Positions 39,140-51,035 of a DNA stretch of 64,000 bases are shown piece by piece (positions within the stretch are counted from its first letter, which is position 1; each line of letters begins with the position of its first letter). Both the position numbers and the translations under genes were made by a program. The notes under the pieces are model-generated. The model saw only the letters and a list, made by a program, of their open reading frames with translations, ran no database searches and was not told the DNA's origin. The DNA comes from Octopus sinensis. Taxonomy: Eukaryota. Location of the stretch: positions 113,212,001-113,276,000 of the forward strand of contig NC_043002.1 of assembly GCF_006345805.1 (NCBI RefSeq), written 5' to 3'.

Positions 39140-39547
39140 AGTGGCTGTGTGGTAAGCAGCTTGCTTACCAGCCACATGGTTCCGGGTTCAGTCCCACTGC
39201 GTGGTACCTTGAGCAAGTGTCTTCTACTATAGCCTCGGGACGACCAAAGCCTTGTGAGTGGATTTGGTAGACGGAAACTGAAAGAGGCCCGTCGTATATA
39301 TGTATATATATGTATGTGTGTGTTTATGTTTGTGTGTCTGTGTTTGTCCCCCCCCCACAACATCGCTTGACAACCGATGCTGGTGTGTTTGCGTCCCCGT
39401 AACTTAGCGGTTCGGCAAAAAAACGGACCGATAGAATAAGTACTAGTCTTACAAAGAATAAGTCCTAGGGTCGATTTGCTCGACTAAAGGCGGTGCTCCA
39501 GCATGGCCACAGTTAGTTGACTGAAACAAGCAAAAGAGTAAAAGAGT
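39140..39547 (+). mobile_element. SINE family A
   Basis: Homology to family A. Confidence 0.9.
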
Positions 39548-41269
39548 ACCAATGAAAATATGTTTTGTCTGTAAAATATATCATTACATTTAAAAATTGC
39601 TATCTTCATTATACTAAATGATTATACATTTATAAATATATGAATTGAATTTATTCATTAATGATAGTAATAATAATAAATTTATTTCAAATCGTTCATT
39701 GTTTTCTCCCCCCTCTTACATACACATTTCTTTGTGCGCGAAAGAGTTTTGTTTTTATTTTACGCCGAGGAAAAAAGTGTTTTGTTGAGAATCCATTTAT
39801 TTAACAACAAAGATACAAAAGATAGGTAACAATTTGTCACAATATAAATGGGTACAATTTATGAGGCTTCTACCACACCACACCCCGTTTTTTCGGACCA
39901 CAAAAATGGTTTTGTAGCATATTAGGAAGCCAGAGTAGTTGATTTCACGCAAAAAATCCGATTTATTTTTCTAAGTGAAAATCGTGCGAGTGTTAATCTA
40001 CAAAATTACCAACATTCTTTTCCATGTATGTATGTATCGTGATGTAAACAGGTAAAGTATGAGTATATGTATATTTTTTATTCATATTTAGCAGAAGCAA
40101 CATATGCATGACGTTCACACATACGCATATGTATGTACACTTAGCGCGTGCACACGCAGGTGTTATTTGTTATTCTTTTATTCACTTTACTGTTTTCAAA
40201 AATTAGACTAAGGTTATTGTAGTCTTCAAATGTTTTAGTCAATCATATCCTGCTCAGTATTTATCTTATTCTGCTTTTCTGTCATCACCATTTGTCCATC
40301 GTTAACTTAGGACGCACAACGATAAAATCATAAACGCCATCTTTTTCGACGGCTCCATAGACAGAGATTTACAGAAGCCATTTTGTTATTAATGAAGCAC
40401 AACGTAAAATATACTAAAAACCCGTAAAAGTTTTCATAAACTGATAATATGCTTCTTTATACGAGTGTTTATACGTTGAGTGTTAATAATATTCGTTATT
40501 TACACAACTTCAAAGTTATCTGTCAGACGTAGGATACATATAAACCACTTGCATTTATAAACATGTATATACGAATTCCCCATCTCTCTCCCTCTCTCCC
40601 TCTTCCTCTCACTCTCTCCCTCTTTCTCTCTCTCTCCCTCTCTCCCTCTCACACACACACATACATATAGCATTTGTGGAAGTGAGTTAGTTGCAATAGC
40701 ATCCGGTTTTGTTATCTCTCTCACTTCTTCCATGTCTAAACTAAAGATTCTCCCATTATTCGGGCATTGTTCCATTATGTCATTCTCTTTACCTAGAATA
40801 AACATTTTATTTCTCATACTGGCCTCCTCGCCTAGCAAACCTCCTTTCTCCAAACCATGATAGTGTCTTTGTAAGACAGTTTGTCAGACCACTAATTCAT
40901 CCAGGCAATACACTATACGCCCATTTTTTGCATAAACCCTATTTCCTGAATCCCGGGGTATTTCATGGCAACTGACAAGAATTTCCTGATTATCGAATGT
41001 GTTTCGTCCCTGGGCCAACAGGGAAAGCTAATCAGTTATGTTTCTCTACAGAGGGCAATTTTGTCGTGTGACTAGCAGGAGCATAGCTAACTGGAGAGGA
41101 AGGGGAGAGACTACTCCCCACGATCGGTGGAGGTGGTGGCGACAGTGAGGAGGGGGGGTTGTGGTGGTGGTTGTAGTTGTTGTCGTTGTCATCGTTGTGA
41201 TGCCTTATTATTGTCGTTTTAGCAAAGAACTCTGAGCATACCTGGGATCTTTCTCTTCACAAACGTAAT

Positions 41270-41695
41270 GTGTGGTAAGTAGCTTGTTTACCAACCACAT
41301 GGTTCCGGGTGCAATCCCTCTGCGTGGCACCTTGGGCAAGTGTCTTCTACTTATAGCCTCGGGCCGACCAAAGCTTGTGAGTGGATTTAGTAGACGGAAA
41401 CTGAAAGAAGCCCGTCGTATATATATATATATATATATATTAAATATATATATATATATATATATGTAATGTATGTATGTTGTGTATATATTTGTGTGTC
41501 TGTGTTTGTCCCCCTAGAATTGCTTGACAGCCGATGCTGGTGTGTTTACGTCCCCGTTACTTAGCGGTTCGGCAAAAAGGACCGATAGAATAAATACTAA
41601 GCTTACAAAAGAATAAGTCCCGGGGTCGAGTTGCTCGACTAAAGGCGGTGCTCCAGCATGGCCGCAGTCAAATGACTGAAACAAGTAAAAGAGTA
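41270..41695 (+). mobile_element. SINE family A
   Basis: Homology to family A. Confidence 0.9.
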
Positions 41696-42474
41696 TATAT
41701 AGGACTATATATAATATTTTAAGTTGCATGTTCGTGACATCCGTGAACAGAACTTCAGAAAAACCTAATCGCCCTACAACCAAATATGTAATGAGACGGT
41801 GATTGTTTAGCATAGGCTGTGTTTTTAAGATGAGAAAGAGATCAAATGTGATTGGAGTTCTTTTGGGTGTTTTGTCTGTTACATTGGGTGAACGATGATT
41901 CTAATAGCTGCAAAGAGTTCACAATGGTAAACGTTTCGGTTATTATGCCAGCTGCATTTGTAGGGATGAGGTGCGAAAACAAAGATTCATAATAAACATT
42001 GAAGTCAGTAAAAACGAATACTTCAGAGAAAGAGAGACAGACAGACAGACAGACAGACAGGCAGACAGGCAGACAGACAGACAGACACAGACAGATAAAT
42101 GGGATGTCTGAACGAGACATAGTCGAACCTTTGTTAGTAGGTCAAAGATGTCTAGAGTGGCAAAGACACTAGATTGATTTAGAAGACTGTACGGGAGGCT
42201 TTGAGCTAGAAGTTTTGGATGTCTTTGTGGCTGATATCTCGATGAGAGTAGTTTGTAGTTGGAAAACTGGATTCTAAATATTTGCGTAGGCTCAACTCTC
42301 CAGTGCAAAGTTTAAATATAAAGTGTAACCTGAATAATATCAGTGATGAGTTATGGAGAGAGGTGAGGAGTGTTCGTCTCGGAGAGAAACAGGATGTAAT
42401 AGATAGCATATTAATAAGAGTGATTGGCAGGTTCCAGATGTGCGTTTGTGTAAGTCACTGGAGGAATTTAGATG

Positions 42475-42555
<81 letters not shown>

Positions 42556-42572
42556 CTAGATTGATAGATAGA
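42475..42572. repeat. (GATA)n microsatellite
   Basis: Direct reading. Confidence 0.97.
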
Positions 42573-42972
42573 TATGCGTGGGAGAATAGAAATATAGAGG
42601 TTTGTGACAGGGTACACAGTAAAAACTACTTAGAGAAGAAAAACTCCAAGATCAAAGCACGACTGATTTGTTAGACTTATCGTTCTTTAGGAAAAGTCTG
42701 TGAGAAGTTCCACTTCCGGAAATAGCAGCCATGTTGCTTTAACCTCTCACTGCTTGCTTTAGTATAGACAACTGGAGAGTGCCATTCGAGTTCTACAAGC
42801 TTACGTAACTATAATCCATGATGAGGATATCATCTGGTAACATGTAATCCTCATATATAGATGAAGGGGCGTGACTGTGTGTGTGTGTAAGTGTGTCTGA
42901 GTGCTTATGTGTGGTGCGCGCGCGTATGTATGTAAAGTTTACAGCTTCAATAAAATTATATATATATAAATA

Positions 42973-43403
42973 CAGTGTACATTTAAACACATGAGAGATG
43001 GCCATAACAGGACATCTGACTCGCTAGAAAGAGTAGTTAAATTACAAACCGCTAAATAGTGGTAATTTCGAAAGGGAATGAAAAATAAAAACATTTACCC
43101 TATTTTTCCTGGACTATGCATAGTTTCAAGCAATCTTTCGTAAATAAAATAATTTACAATTGGCGAAGCTCTCATCAGCAGGAAGTCAAGTTTAACATAT
43201 AGACACGAGGCGATAAAGAACATGCCTCGTGTTTATAAGTTATAATTTTTCAAAATGCATAGTCCAAGAAAAATAGGGTAAATGTTTTTATTTTTCATTC
43301 CCTTTCGAAATTACCCCTATTTAGTGGTTTGTAGTTTAACTACTCTTTCTAGCGAGTCAGATGTCCTGTTATGGCCATCTCTTATGTGTTTAGAAATATA
43401 CTG
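42973..43403. mobile_element. Tc1/mariner-type MITE, 431 bp, ~149-bp TIRs, TA TSD
   Basis: TA|CAGT...ACTG|TA; 42973-43121 pairs with 43255-43403; internal hairpin acacgaggc/gcctcgtgt. Confidence 0.85.
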
Positions 43404-44086
43404 TATTTTTATATGAATAATATATAGTCTATTGACTAGTTTTTTCTTCTCGCTAGATCACTGGTAGCAAAGAATTTTTCTTAATTTTTTGCTACCCTAA
43501 GATTTATCATATATATATGTGTGTGTGTGTGTGTGTACGGATAGAATAGTATATGCATAGAATAGGACAGAGAAGGCTGAATGCCCATGGAGCATTATTA
43601 ATAGTAGATATTATCATAAAAATAACCACAGAATAGCAGAACCTAGAAAAACAGTAAATGTGATAGGGACCAAACAAGAAGGTAAAAAAACACAATATTA
43701 AGAAAGATAGATATAAAAAGAACCCACGAAACAGCAGCCAAAGGTAGAAAGAAAAGAACCGTTAAATGTGGATGGAAATAATAATAAGCAGATAAAACAA
43801 AATGCGGTAACAAGCCTAACAGATATATTAAAAGAAATGGAAAAATAAGTGAAATCATTTGGTTTAATCCAATTTTGAATTCACAAATAAAATCCAAAAC
43901 AGGTGAGGAATTCTTCTCAGCGTTAGCTAGGCACTTCCTGAAACCTTCCACATATCACAAAATTATCAACAGGCATAATGTAAAATTAGCATAAGCGACC
44001 TCTCGCAATCTAGAGTACCACATGCACAAACGAAATAACACAAACACTCAATAGGATAAAACCAGACAGGGTATATGAAACGACCT

Positions 44087-44487
44087 GTGGAGGCGCAATG
44101 GCCCAGTGGTTAGGGCAGCGGACCCGCGGTCGTAGGATCGCGGTTTCGATTCCCAGACCGGGCGTTGTGAGTGTTTATTGAGCGAAAACACCTAAAAGCT
44201 CCACGAGGCTCCGGCAGGAGATGGTGGTGATCCCTGCTGTACTCTTTCACCACAACTTTCTCTCACTCTTACTTCCTGTTTCTGTTGTGCCTGTATTTCA
44301 AAGGCACAACAATTTCAAAGGGCCGGCCTTGTCACTCTCTGTGTCACGCTGAATATCCCCGAGAACTACGTTAAGGGTACACGTGTCTGTGGAGTGCTCA
44401 GCCACTTACACGTTAATTTCACGAGCAGGCTGTTCCGTTGATCGGATCAACCGGAACCCTCGTCGTCGTAACCGACGGAGTGCTTCC
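44087..44487 (+). mobile_element. Full-length SINE family C (tail a) with 13-bp TSD (one mismatch)
   Basis: atatgaaacgacc at 44073-44085 and atatgaaaagacc at 44488-44500. Confidence 0.92.
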
Positions 44488-45082
44488 ATATGAAAAGACC
44501 AGAGCTCATAGCATAATAATCGACGATGGAATACTTGCAAACGGGAATAATAAAAATTCATCAACAACAAAACCTCAATACTCAAGAAGCAAAAAATAAG
44601 TCCAACATCACCACACACGCCTCCACCTCCTTATAACTACCACTCCTTCCTTTCCATCACCTTTCCCCACCAAATACAGAAATCCCAATCAACCTTTTCG
44701 TTGGTCAAAACTGATAAATAACTCTTAGTTAAACATTCATTAATGCTATTTCGCCCGAAGAAATGAATGCATGAACATGGTCTACCCGATGTCCATGGAT
44801 GCTATGGACTGCGCTGTAATCATCCCAAGAATACGGACTATGATCTTTAAGAAGATATTTGTGGAAACGCGTGTAGCAATGCATTAAAGCATTTATAAAT
44901 TCCATCAGAGGATTATTATACTTATTACTATATTTGTCCTGCAGTATATCGGCGCGACAGCTCGGTGCAACCCCACAAATACTGCTATCGCCAGTTGGTA
45001 TCATGAGGCTGCAACCGGCAGAATAGAATTTTAGCTTTTATATGCATATTCAAAACGTTGCCCGTAAAGAAACTTAAAGGAT

Positions 45083-45137
<55 letters not shown>

Positions 45138-45666
45138 GTGAGTGTGTGTATGTGTGTGTGTGTGTGTGTGTTCTCCCCCAGTGTATGAGAATCGGTGTTG
45201 GTGTGTATAAATCCTCGAGACTTAATGGTTCGGCAAAAATGACCAATAGAATAAGTACTGCTGCCCCAGCATGACTGCAGTCTATTGCCTGAAGCAAGTA
45301 AAAGGAAGTAAAAAGAAATTATACATACACATATAATTCATATATATATATATAAATGTATGTGTATATACTTACATATATATATAACTATACACATATA
45401 TGTGAATATATATGTACATATATGCATGTGTATGTATATATTATATATATATATATATGCAATATATATATATTTATGTGTATAGATATATATGTACACA
45501 TATGCGTATATACATATATACATATAATATCTATAATATCTATATATATATTATATATATATATATACATTCATACTTAGATAGACATATATACCATGCA
45601 TATATATATGTCTATGTGTATACATATATATGTGTATATATACATATATATGTGTATAGTATAGTA

Positions 45667-45700
<34 letters not shown>

Positions 45701-46108
45701 TACTCTCTTTACTCTTTTACTTGTTTCAGTCATTTGACTACTCCATGCTGGAGCACCGCCTTTAGTCGAGCAAATCGACCACGGGACTTATTCTTTGTAA
45801 GCCTAGTACTTATTCTATCGTTCTCTTTTGCTGAACTGCTAAGTTATGAGGACGTAAACACACCAACATCGGTTGTCAAGCGATGTTGGGGGGGACAAAC
45901 ACAGACACACAAACACACACATATATATATACATATACATTTATACGGCGGGCTTCTTTCAGTTTCCATCTACCAAATCCACTCACAAGGCTTTGGTTAG
46001 CCCGAGGCTATAGTAGAAGACACTTGCCCAAGATGCCACACAGTGGGACTGAACCCGGAACCATGTGGTAGGTGAGCAAGCTACTTACCACACAGCCACT
46101 CCTACGCC
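45701..46108 (-). mobile_element. SINE family A
   Basis: Homology to family A. Confidence 0.9.
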
Positions 46109-46332
46109 ATATATATATATATATATTATTATATATATATATATATATATATACTAAGCAATAAAGGTTTAGCAACGAATTGCCTTACCACATACCGAAT
46201 TTAGAAATAGCAGTCAAAGGGTATAGCTATTTCTTCTACTAAAAAGGAGATCTCAGTAAAAACCAATTGGAAGGCAGACACAACAGGTAAGAGAGAATGA
46301 ATTGACTGCAATCTATCATACTTTTTAATTTA

Positions 46333-46438
46333 TCTACGGACGTACGTTTCGAAATCAAGTTTTTAGGAAAGCATAAGAATTAAATATGAAATATTAAATA
46401 ATTCTATCTTACCGAAACTTCTTTCTCTTCAGCGTAGA
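46333..46438 (-). ncRNA. Type-I hammerhead motif, array unit 1 (core intact)
   Basis: tctacg CTGAAGA gaaa [long loop] tttc GAAAC GTA cgt ccgt aga. Confidence 0.72.
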
Positions 46439-46926
46439 ATACTATAATCATAAATGATTATATATTGAATTTTGAGATACTAGAAGGCACCAACTCAACT
46501 CAGTATCAGAGCGAGCTAGAATCCGCAACTAGTATCACCGAATTCATTTGTGAATGAAACGATTGTGTCACCAGCCCTTCCCACCCGCGTGTAGCCAATA
46601 CAAAGATGCTGTGGTCATCTACTGAGATAAAATATGGTTATCCGTAATAATGAAGGGTGAAATTAATTAATTTGGAATAATTATCAATTACACCAAGTAG
46701 TCTTCGGCATGTAAAAGCCTCATTCGAGGAAAATTTAAGTAATACTAAGCAATAAGGGGTTAGCAACGATTGCCTTACCACATACCGAATTTAGAAATAG
46801 CAGTCAAAGGGTTATAGCTATTTCTTCTACTAAAAATGGAGATCTCAGTAAAAACAGCAATTGGAAGGCAGACACAAAAGGTAAGAGAGAATGAATTGAC
46901 TGCAATCTATCATACATTTTAAGTTA

Positions 46927-47031
46927 TCTACGGACGTACGTTTCGAAATCAAGTTTTTAGGAAAGCATAAGAATTAAATATTAATATTAAATAATTCTAT
47001 CTTACCGAAACTTCTTTTCTCTCAGCGTAGA
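46927..47031 (-). ncRNA. Hammerhead motif, array unit 2 (1-nt deletion in the core, possibly a sequencing error)
   Basis: CTGA-GA gaaa ... tttc GAAAC GTA. Confidence 0.55.
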
Positions 47032-47645
47032 ATACTATATCATAATGATTATATATTGAATTTTGAGATACTAGAAGGCACCAACTCAACTCAGTATCAG
47101 AGCGAGCTAGAATCCGCAACTAGTATCACCGAATTCAATTTGTGAATGAAACGATTGTGTCACCCACCCCTTCCCACCCGCGTGTAGCCAAAACAAGATG
47201 CTGGTCATCTACTGAGATAAAATATGGTTATCCGTAATAATGAAGGGTGAAATTAATTAATTTGGAATAATTATCAATTACACCAAGTAGTCTTCGGCAT
47301 GTAAAAGCCTCATTCGAGGAAAATTTAAGTAATACTAAGCAATAAAGGGTTTAGCAACGAATTGCCTTACCACATACCGAATTAGAAATAGCAGTCAAAG
47401 GGTTATAGCTATTCTTCTCTACTAAAAGGGAGATCTCAGTAAAAACAGCAATTGGAAGGCAGACACAAACAGGTAAGAGAGAATGAATTGACTGCAATCT
47501 ATCATACATTTTTAAGTTATCTACGGACGTACGTTTCGAAATCAAGTTTTTAGGAAAGCATAAGAATTAAATATTAAATATTAAATAAGTTGGTGCCTTC
47601 TAGTATCTCAAAATTCATATATAATATCATTTATGATTATAGTAT

Positions 47646-47750
47646 TCTACGCTGAAGAGAAAAGAAGTTTCGGTAAGATAAATTATTTAATATTTAATAT
47701 TTAATTCTTATGCTTTCCTAAAACTTGATTTCGAAACGTACGTCCGTAGA
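47646..47750 (+). ncRNA. Type-I hammerhead motif, inverted half, first copy (core intact)
   Basis: tctacg CTGAAGA gaaa ... tttc GAAAC GTA cgt ccgt aga. Confidence 0.72.
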
Positions 47751-48238
47751 TAACTTAAAAATGTATGATAGATTGCAGTCAATTCATTCTCTCTTACCTG
47801 TTTGTGTCTGCCTTCCAATTGCTGTTTTTACTGAGATCTCCTTTTTAGTAGAAGAAATAGCTATAACCCTTTGACTGCTATTTCTAAATTCGGTATGTGG
47901 TAAGGCAATTCGTTGCTAAACCCTTTATTGCTTAGTATTACTTAAATTTTCCTCGAATGAGGCTTTTACATGCCGAAGACTACTTGGTGTAATTGATAAT
48001 TATTCCAAATTAATTAATTTCACCCTTCATATTACGGATAACCATATTTTATCTCAGTAGATGACCACAGCATCTTGTTTGGCTACACGCGGGTGGGAAG
48101 GGCTGGTGACACAATCGTTTCATTCACAAATGAATTCGGTGATACTAGTTGCGGATTCTAGCTCGCTCTGATACTGAGTTGAGTTGGTGCCTTCTAGTAT
48201 CTCAAAATTCAATATATAATCATTTATGATTATAGTAT

Positions 48239-48343
48239 TCTACGCTGAAGAGAAAAGAAGTTTCGGTAAGATAGATTATTTAAATTTAATATTTAATTCT
48301 TATGCTTTCCTAAAAACTTGATTTCGAAACGTACGTCCGTAGA
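48239..48343 (+). ncRNA. Type-I hammerhead motif, inverted half, second copy (core intact)
   Basis: CTGAAGA 48245-48251; stem II gaaa 48252-48255 / tttc 48322-48325; GAAAC 48326-48330; GTA 48331-48333. Confidence 0.72.
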
Positions 48344-48632
48344 TAACTTAAAAATGTATGATAGATTGCAGTCAATTCATTCTCTCTTACCTGTTTGTGT
48401 CTGCCTTCCAATTGCTGTTTTTACTGAGATCTCCCTTTTAGTAGAAGAAATAGCTATAACCCTTTGACTGCTATTTCTAAATTCGGTATGTGGTAAGGCA
48501 ATTCGTTGCTAAACCCTTTATTGCTTAGTATTACTTAAATTTTCCTCGAATGAGGCTTTTACATGCCGAAGACTACTTGGTGTAATTGATAATTATTCCA
48601 AATTAATTAATTTCACCCTTCATTATTACGGA

Positions 48633-48664
<32 letters not shown>

Positions 48665-48667
<3 letters not shown>

Positions 48668-49066
48668 TTTTACTCTTTTACTTGTTTCAGTCATTTGACT
48701 GCGGCAATGCTGGAGCACCGCCTTTAGTCGAGCAAATCGACCCCGTGACTTATTCTTTGTAAGCCCAGTACTTATTCTATCGGTCTCTTTTGCCGAACCG
48801 CTAAGTAACGGGGACGTAAACACACCAGCATCGGTTGTCAAGCAATGCTAGGGGGACAAACACACACACACAAACGCACACACATACACATATATACATA
48901 TATACACATATATACGACAGGCTTCTTTCAGTTTCCGTCTATCAAATCCACTCACAAGGCATTGGTCGGCCCGGGGCTATAGCAGAAGCACTTTCCGAAG
49001 ATGCCACGCAGTGGGACTGAACCCGGAACCATGTGGTTGGTTAGCAAGCTACTTACCACACAGCCA
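48665..49066 (-). mobile_element. SINE family A
   Basis: Homology to family A. Confidence 0.9.
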
Positions 49067-49106
49067 CATGTACATATGTGTATATATACGTGTGTGTGTG
49101 TGTACG

Positions 49107-49151
<45 letters not shown>

Positions 49152-49613
49152 GACCGTGTGCGCTCGCGCGTGTCTGTATAATAACATTGATGCTGTATTC
49201 ATAGTTCCACTGAAATTTAAGAGCCGTTGTATTGTTTCCTGATAGGAAACAATACAACAATGAAAGGAAGGTTGTGAATGGGACGCTAAAAGTTTGTAAA
49301 AAGAATAATATACTTATACATTTAAGTAGTCTGGTGCCCGGACGATGCCTATTGTGTTCTCCTGATTATAGTTTTATTTTACATTTCTACAGCTACTCGT
49401 GAAGTTAGACATTTAATTAGATAGTAACGCAATGTCAGTAACAAATATTTTCTCAAAAAGAAAATGCACAAATCATCATAACTAATATAGCTTAAGACGC
49501 GAACTGACGCTGTAAGGGATCACTTCTCAAGTTAGTACTTATATACCAGCTCACAAGTTTATAGAGAAACAATATCTTTTGAAGTTACAAGGCAATTTTG
49601 TTAATAGACAATA

Positions 49614-50033
49614 TTACTCTTTTACTCTTTTACTTGTTTCAGTCATTTTGACTACGGCCATGCTGGAGCACCGCCTTTAGTCGAGCAAATCGACCCCAGG
49701 ACTTGTAAGCCCAGTACTTATTCTATCTGTCTCTTTTGCCGAACCGCTAAGTAACGGGGACGTAAACACACCTGCATCGGTTGTCAAGCAATGCTAGGGG
49801 AACAAACACAGACACACAAACACACACACACACACACACACACACATTTACATATATATATATACATATATACGACAGGCTTCTTTCAGTTTCCGTCTAC
49901 CAAATCCACTCACAAGGCATTGGTCGGCCCGGGGCTATAGCAGAAGACACTTGCCTAAGATGCCACGCAGTGGGACTGAACCCGGAACCATGTGGTTGGT
50001 TAACAAGCTACTTACCACACAGCCACTCCTGCG
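49614..50033 (-). mobile_element. SINE family A
   Basis: Homology to family A. Confidence 0.9.
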
Positions 50034-50544
50034 TTTATATGGTGTTTTTTTGTTTTTCTGTTCCAAACACAAATATAATTCTGAGCAAACAACTTTCAAC
50101 AGCACTAACCGATCTCTTTCGAAGAAACTAATTTAAATGTTCACCTAGCAGCTGTCGCGATTCCTATGCAGAATATATTTCAGCAAAATTATTCCGGGAA
50201 TGAAATAAATTCAGGAACTTCTGCATTCTGCTCACAAATCACATTAAAAGAATGTCTCAACTTTCATCATGTATCACAGAATAGTTTTTTTCTTTTCGCA
50301 TTCTGGTAAATTCTGAAATTCTCTCGAATAGTCATCGTCTGGTTTGTAATGACACGTCAACACTATGATGAAAGTTACTTAAAAAATATTTTTTACGCAT
50401 ATTTTTCTTTTTTCTATTTCACTCCAAACAGCTCTTTTGTATCGCATTTTAAATAGACTAATACGAACACAGTGTGTGTGTGTGCGCGCGAACGAACAAC
50501 AAACAAGATATATTAGTTTGACGCTCAAAAAAGAATAGAAGAGT

Positions 50545-50580
50545 CTTTGACGTTTCGAGCCCTCGCTCTTCTTCAGAAAG
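50545..50580 (-). ncRNA. Minimal hammerhead ribozyme motif, core intact, GUC triplet
   Basis: cttt CTGAAGA a gagc gagg gctc GAAAC GTC aaag. Confidence 0.7.
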
Positions 50581-50750
50581 GAATGAGGAAAGAAAACAAT
50601 GCAGAGAGGCAAAAACGAAGGGAGACAAAAATAAAAGACGTGTCTGGATTTACGGTTTCACATACTCAATTGATGGAAAGGAAGGAAACGGTTGGTGGAA
50701 CGGGGGACAACAGTGCGTAAGCGTGTGTTATGTATGTGAGGATAATGTGT

Positions 50751-51035
50751 GTGCGTGTACGCGTATGTGCGTGTACGCGTATGTGCGTGTACGCGTATGT
50801 GCGTGTACACGTATGTGCGTGTACGCGTATGTGCGTGTACGCGTATGTGCGTGTACACGTATGTGCGTGTACGCGTATGTGCGTGTACACGTATGTGCGT
50901 ATGTGCGTGTACGCGTATGTGCGTGTACGCGTATGTGCGTGTACGCGTATGTGCGTGTACGCGTATGTGCGTGTACGCGTATGTGCGTGTACGCGTATGT
51001 GCGTGTACGCGTATGTGCGTGTACGCGTATGTGCG
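50751..51035. repeat. 16-bp minisatellite (gtgcgtgtacgcgtat)n
   Basis: About 18 units; strictly alternating purine/pyrimidine. Confidence 0.95.

Larger units (their letters stand above)
46153..48636. repeat. Tandem array of a ~591-bp unit (about 2.4 units forward, then about 1.8 units inverted), flanked by (TA)n
   Basis: Unit starts recur at 46153, 46744 and 47334; orientation switches at ~47588/47589. Confidence 0.95.

Noticed and set aside
44790-44985. Minus-strand hydrophobic peptide AVFVGLHRAVAPIYCRTNIVISIIIL, vaguely like a GPCR TM3-TM4 region, overlapping the 91-aa ORF 44729-45004
   Set aside because: Several in-frame stops, no diagnostic DRY/NPxxY-type motif and no recognisable family.
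46153-48636. Possible CRISPR-like repeat-spacer structure
   Set aside because: The units are whole ~591-bp duplications without unique spacers, in eukaryotic DNA.
50149-50370. Possible small exons on either strand (AVAIPMQNIF... and LTCHYKPDDDYSREF...)
   Set aside because: Short, with weak splice context, no partner exons and no recognisable homology.
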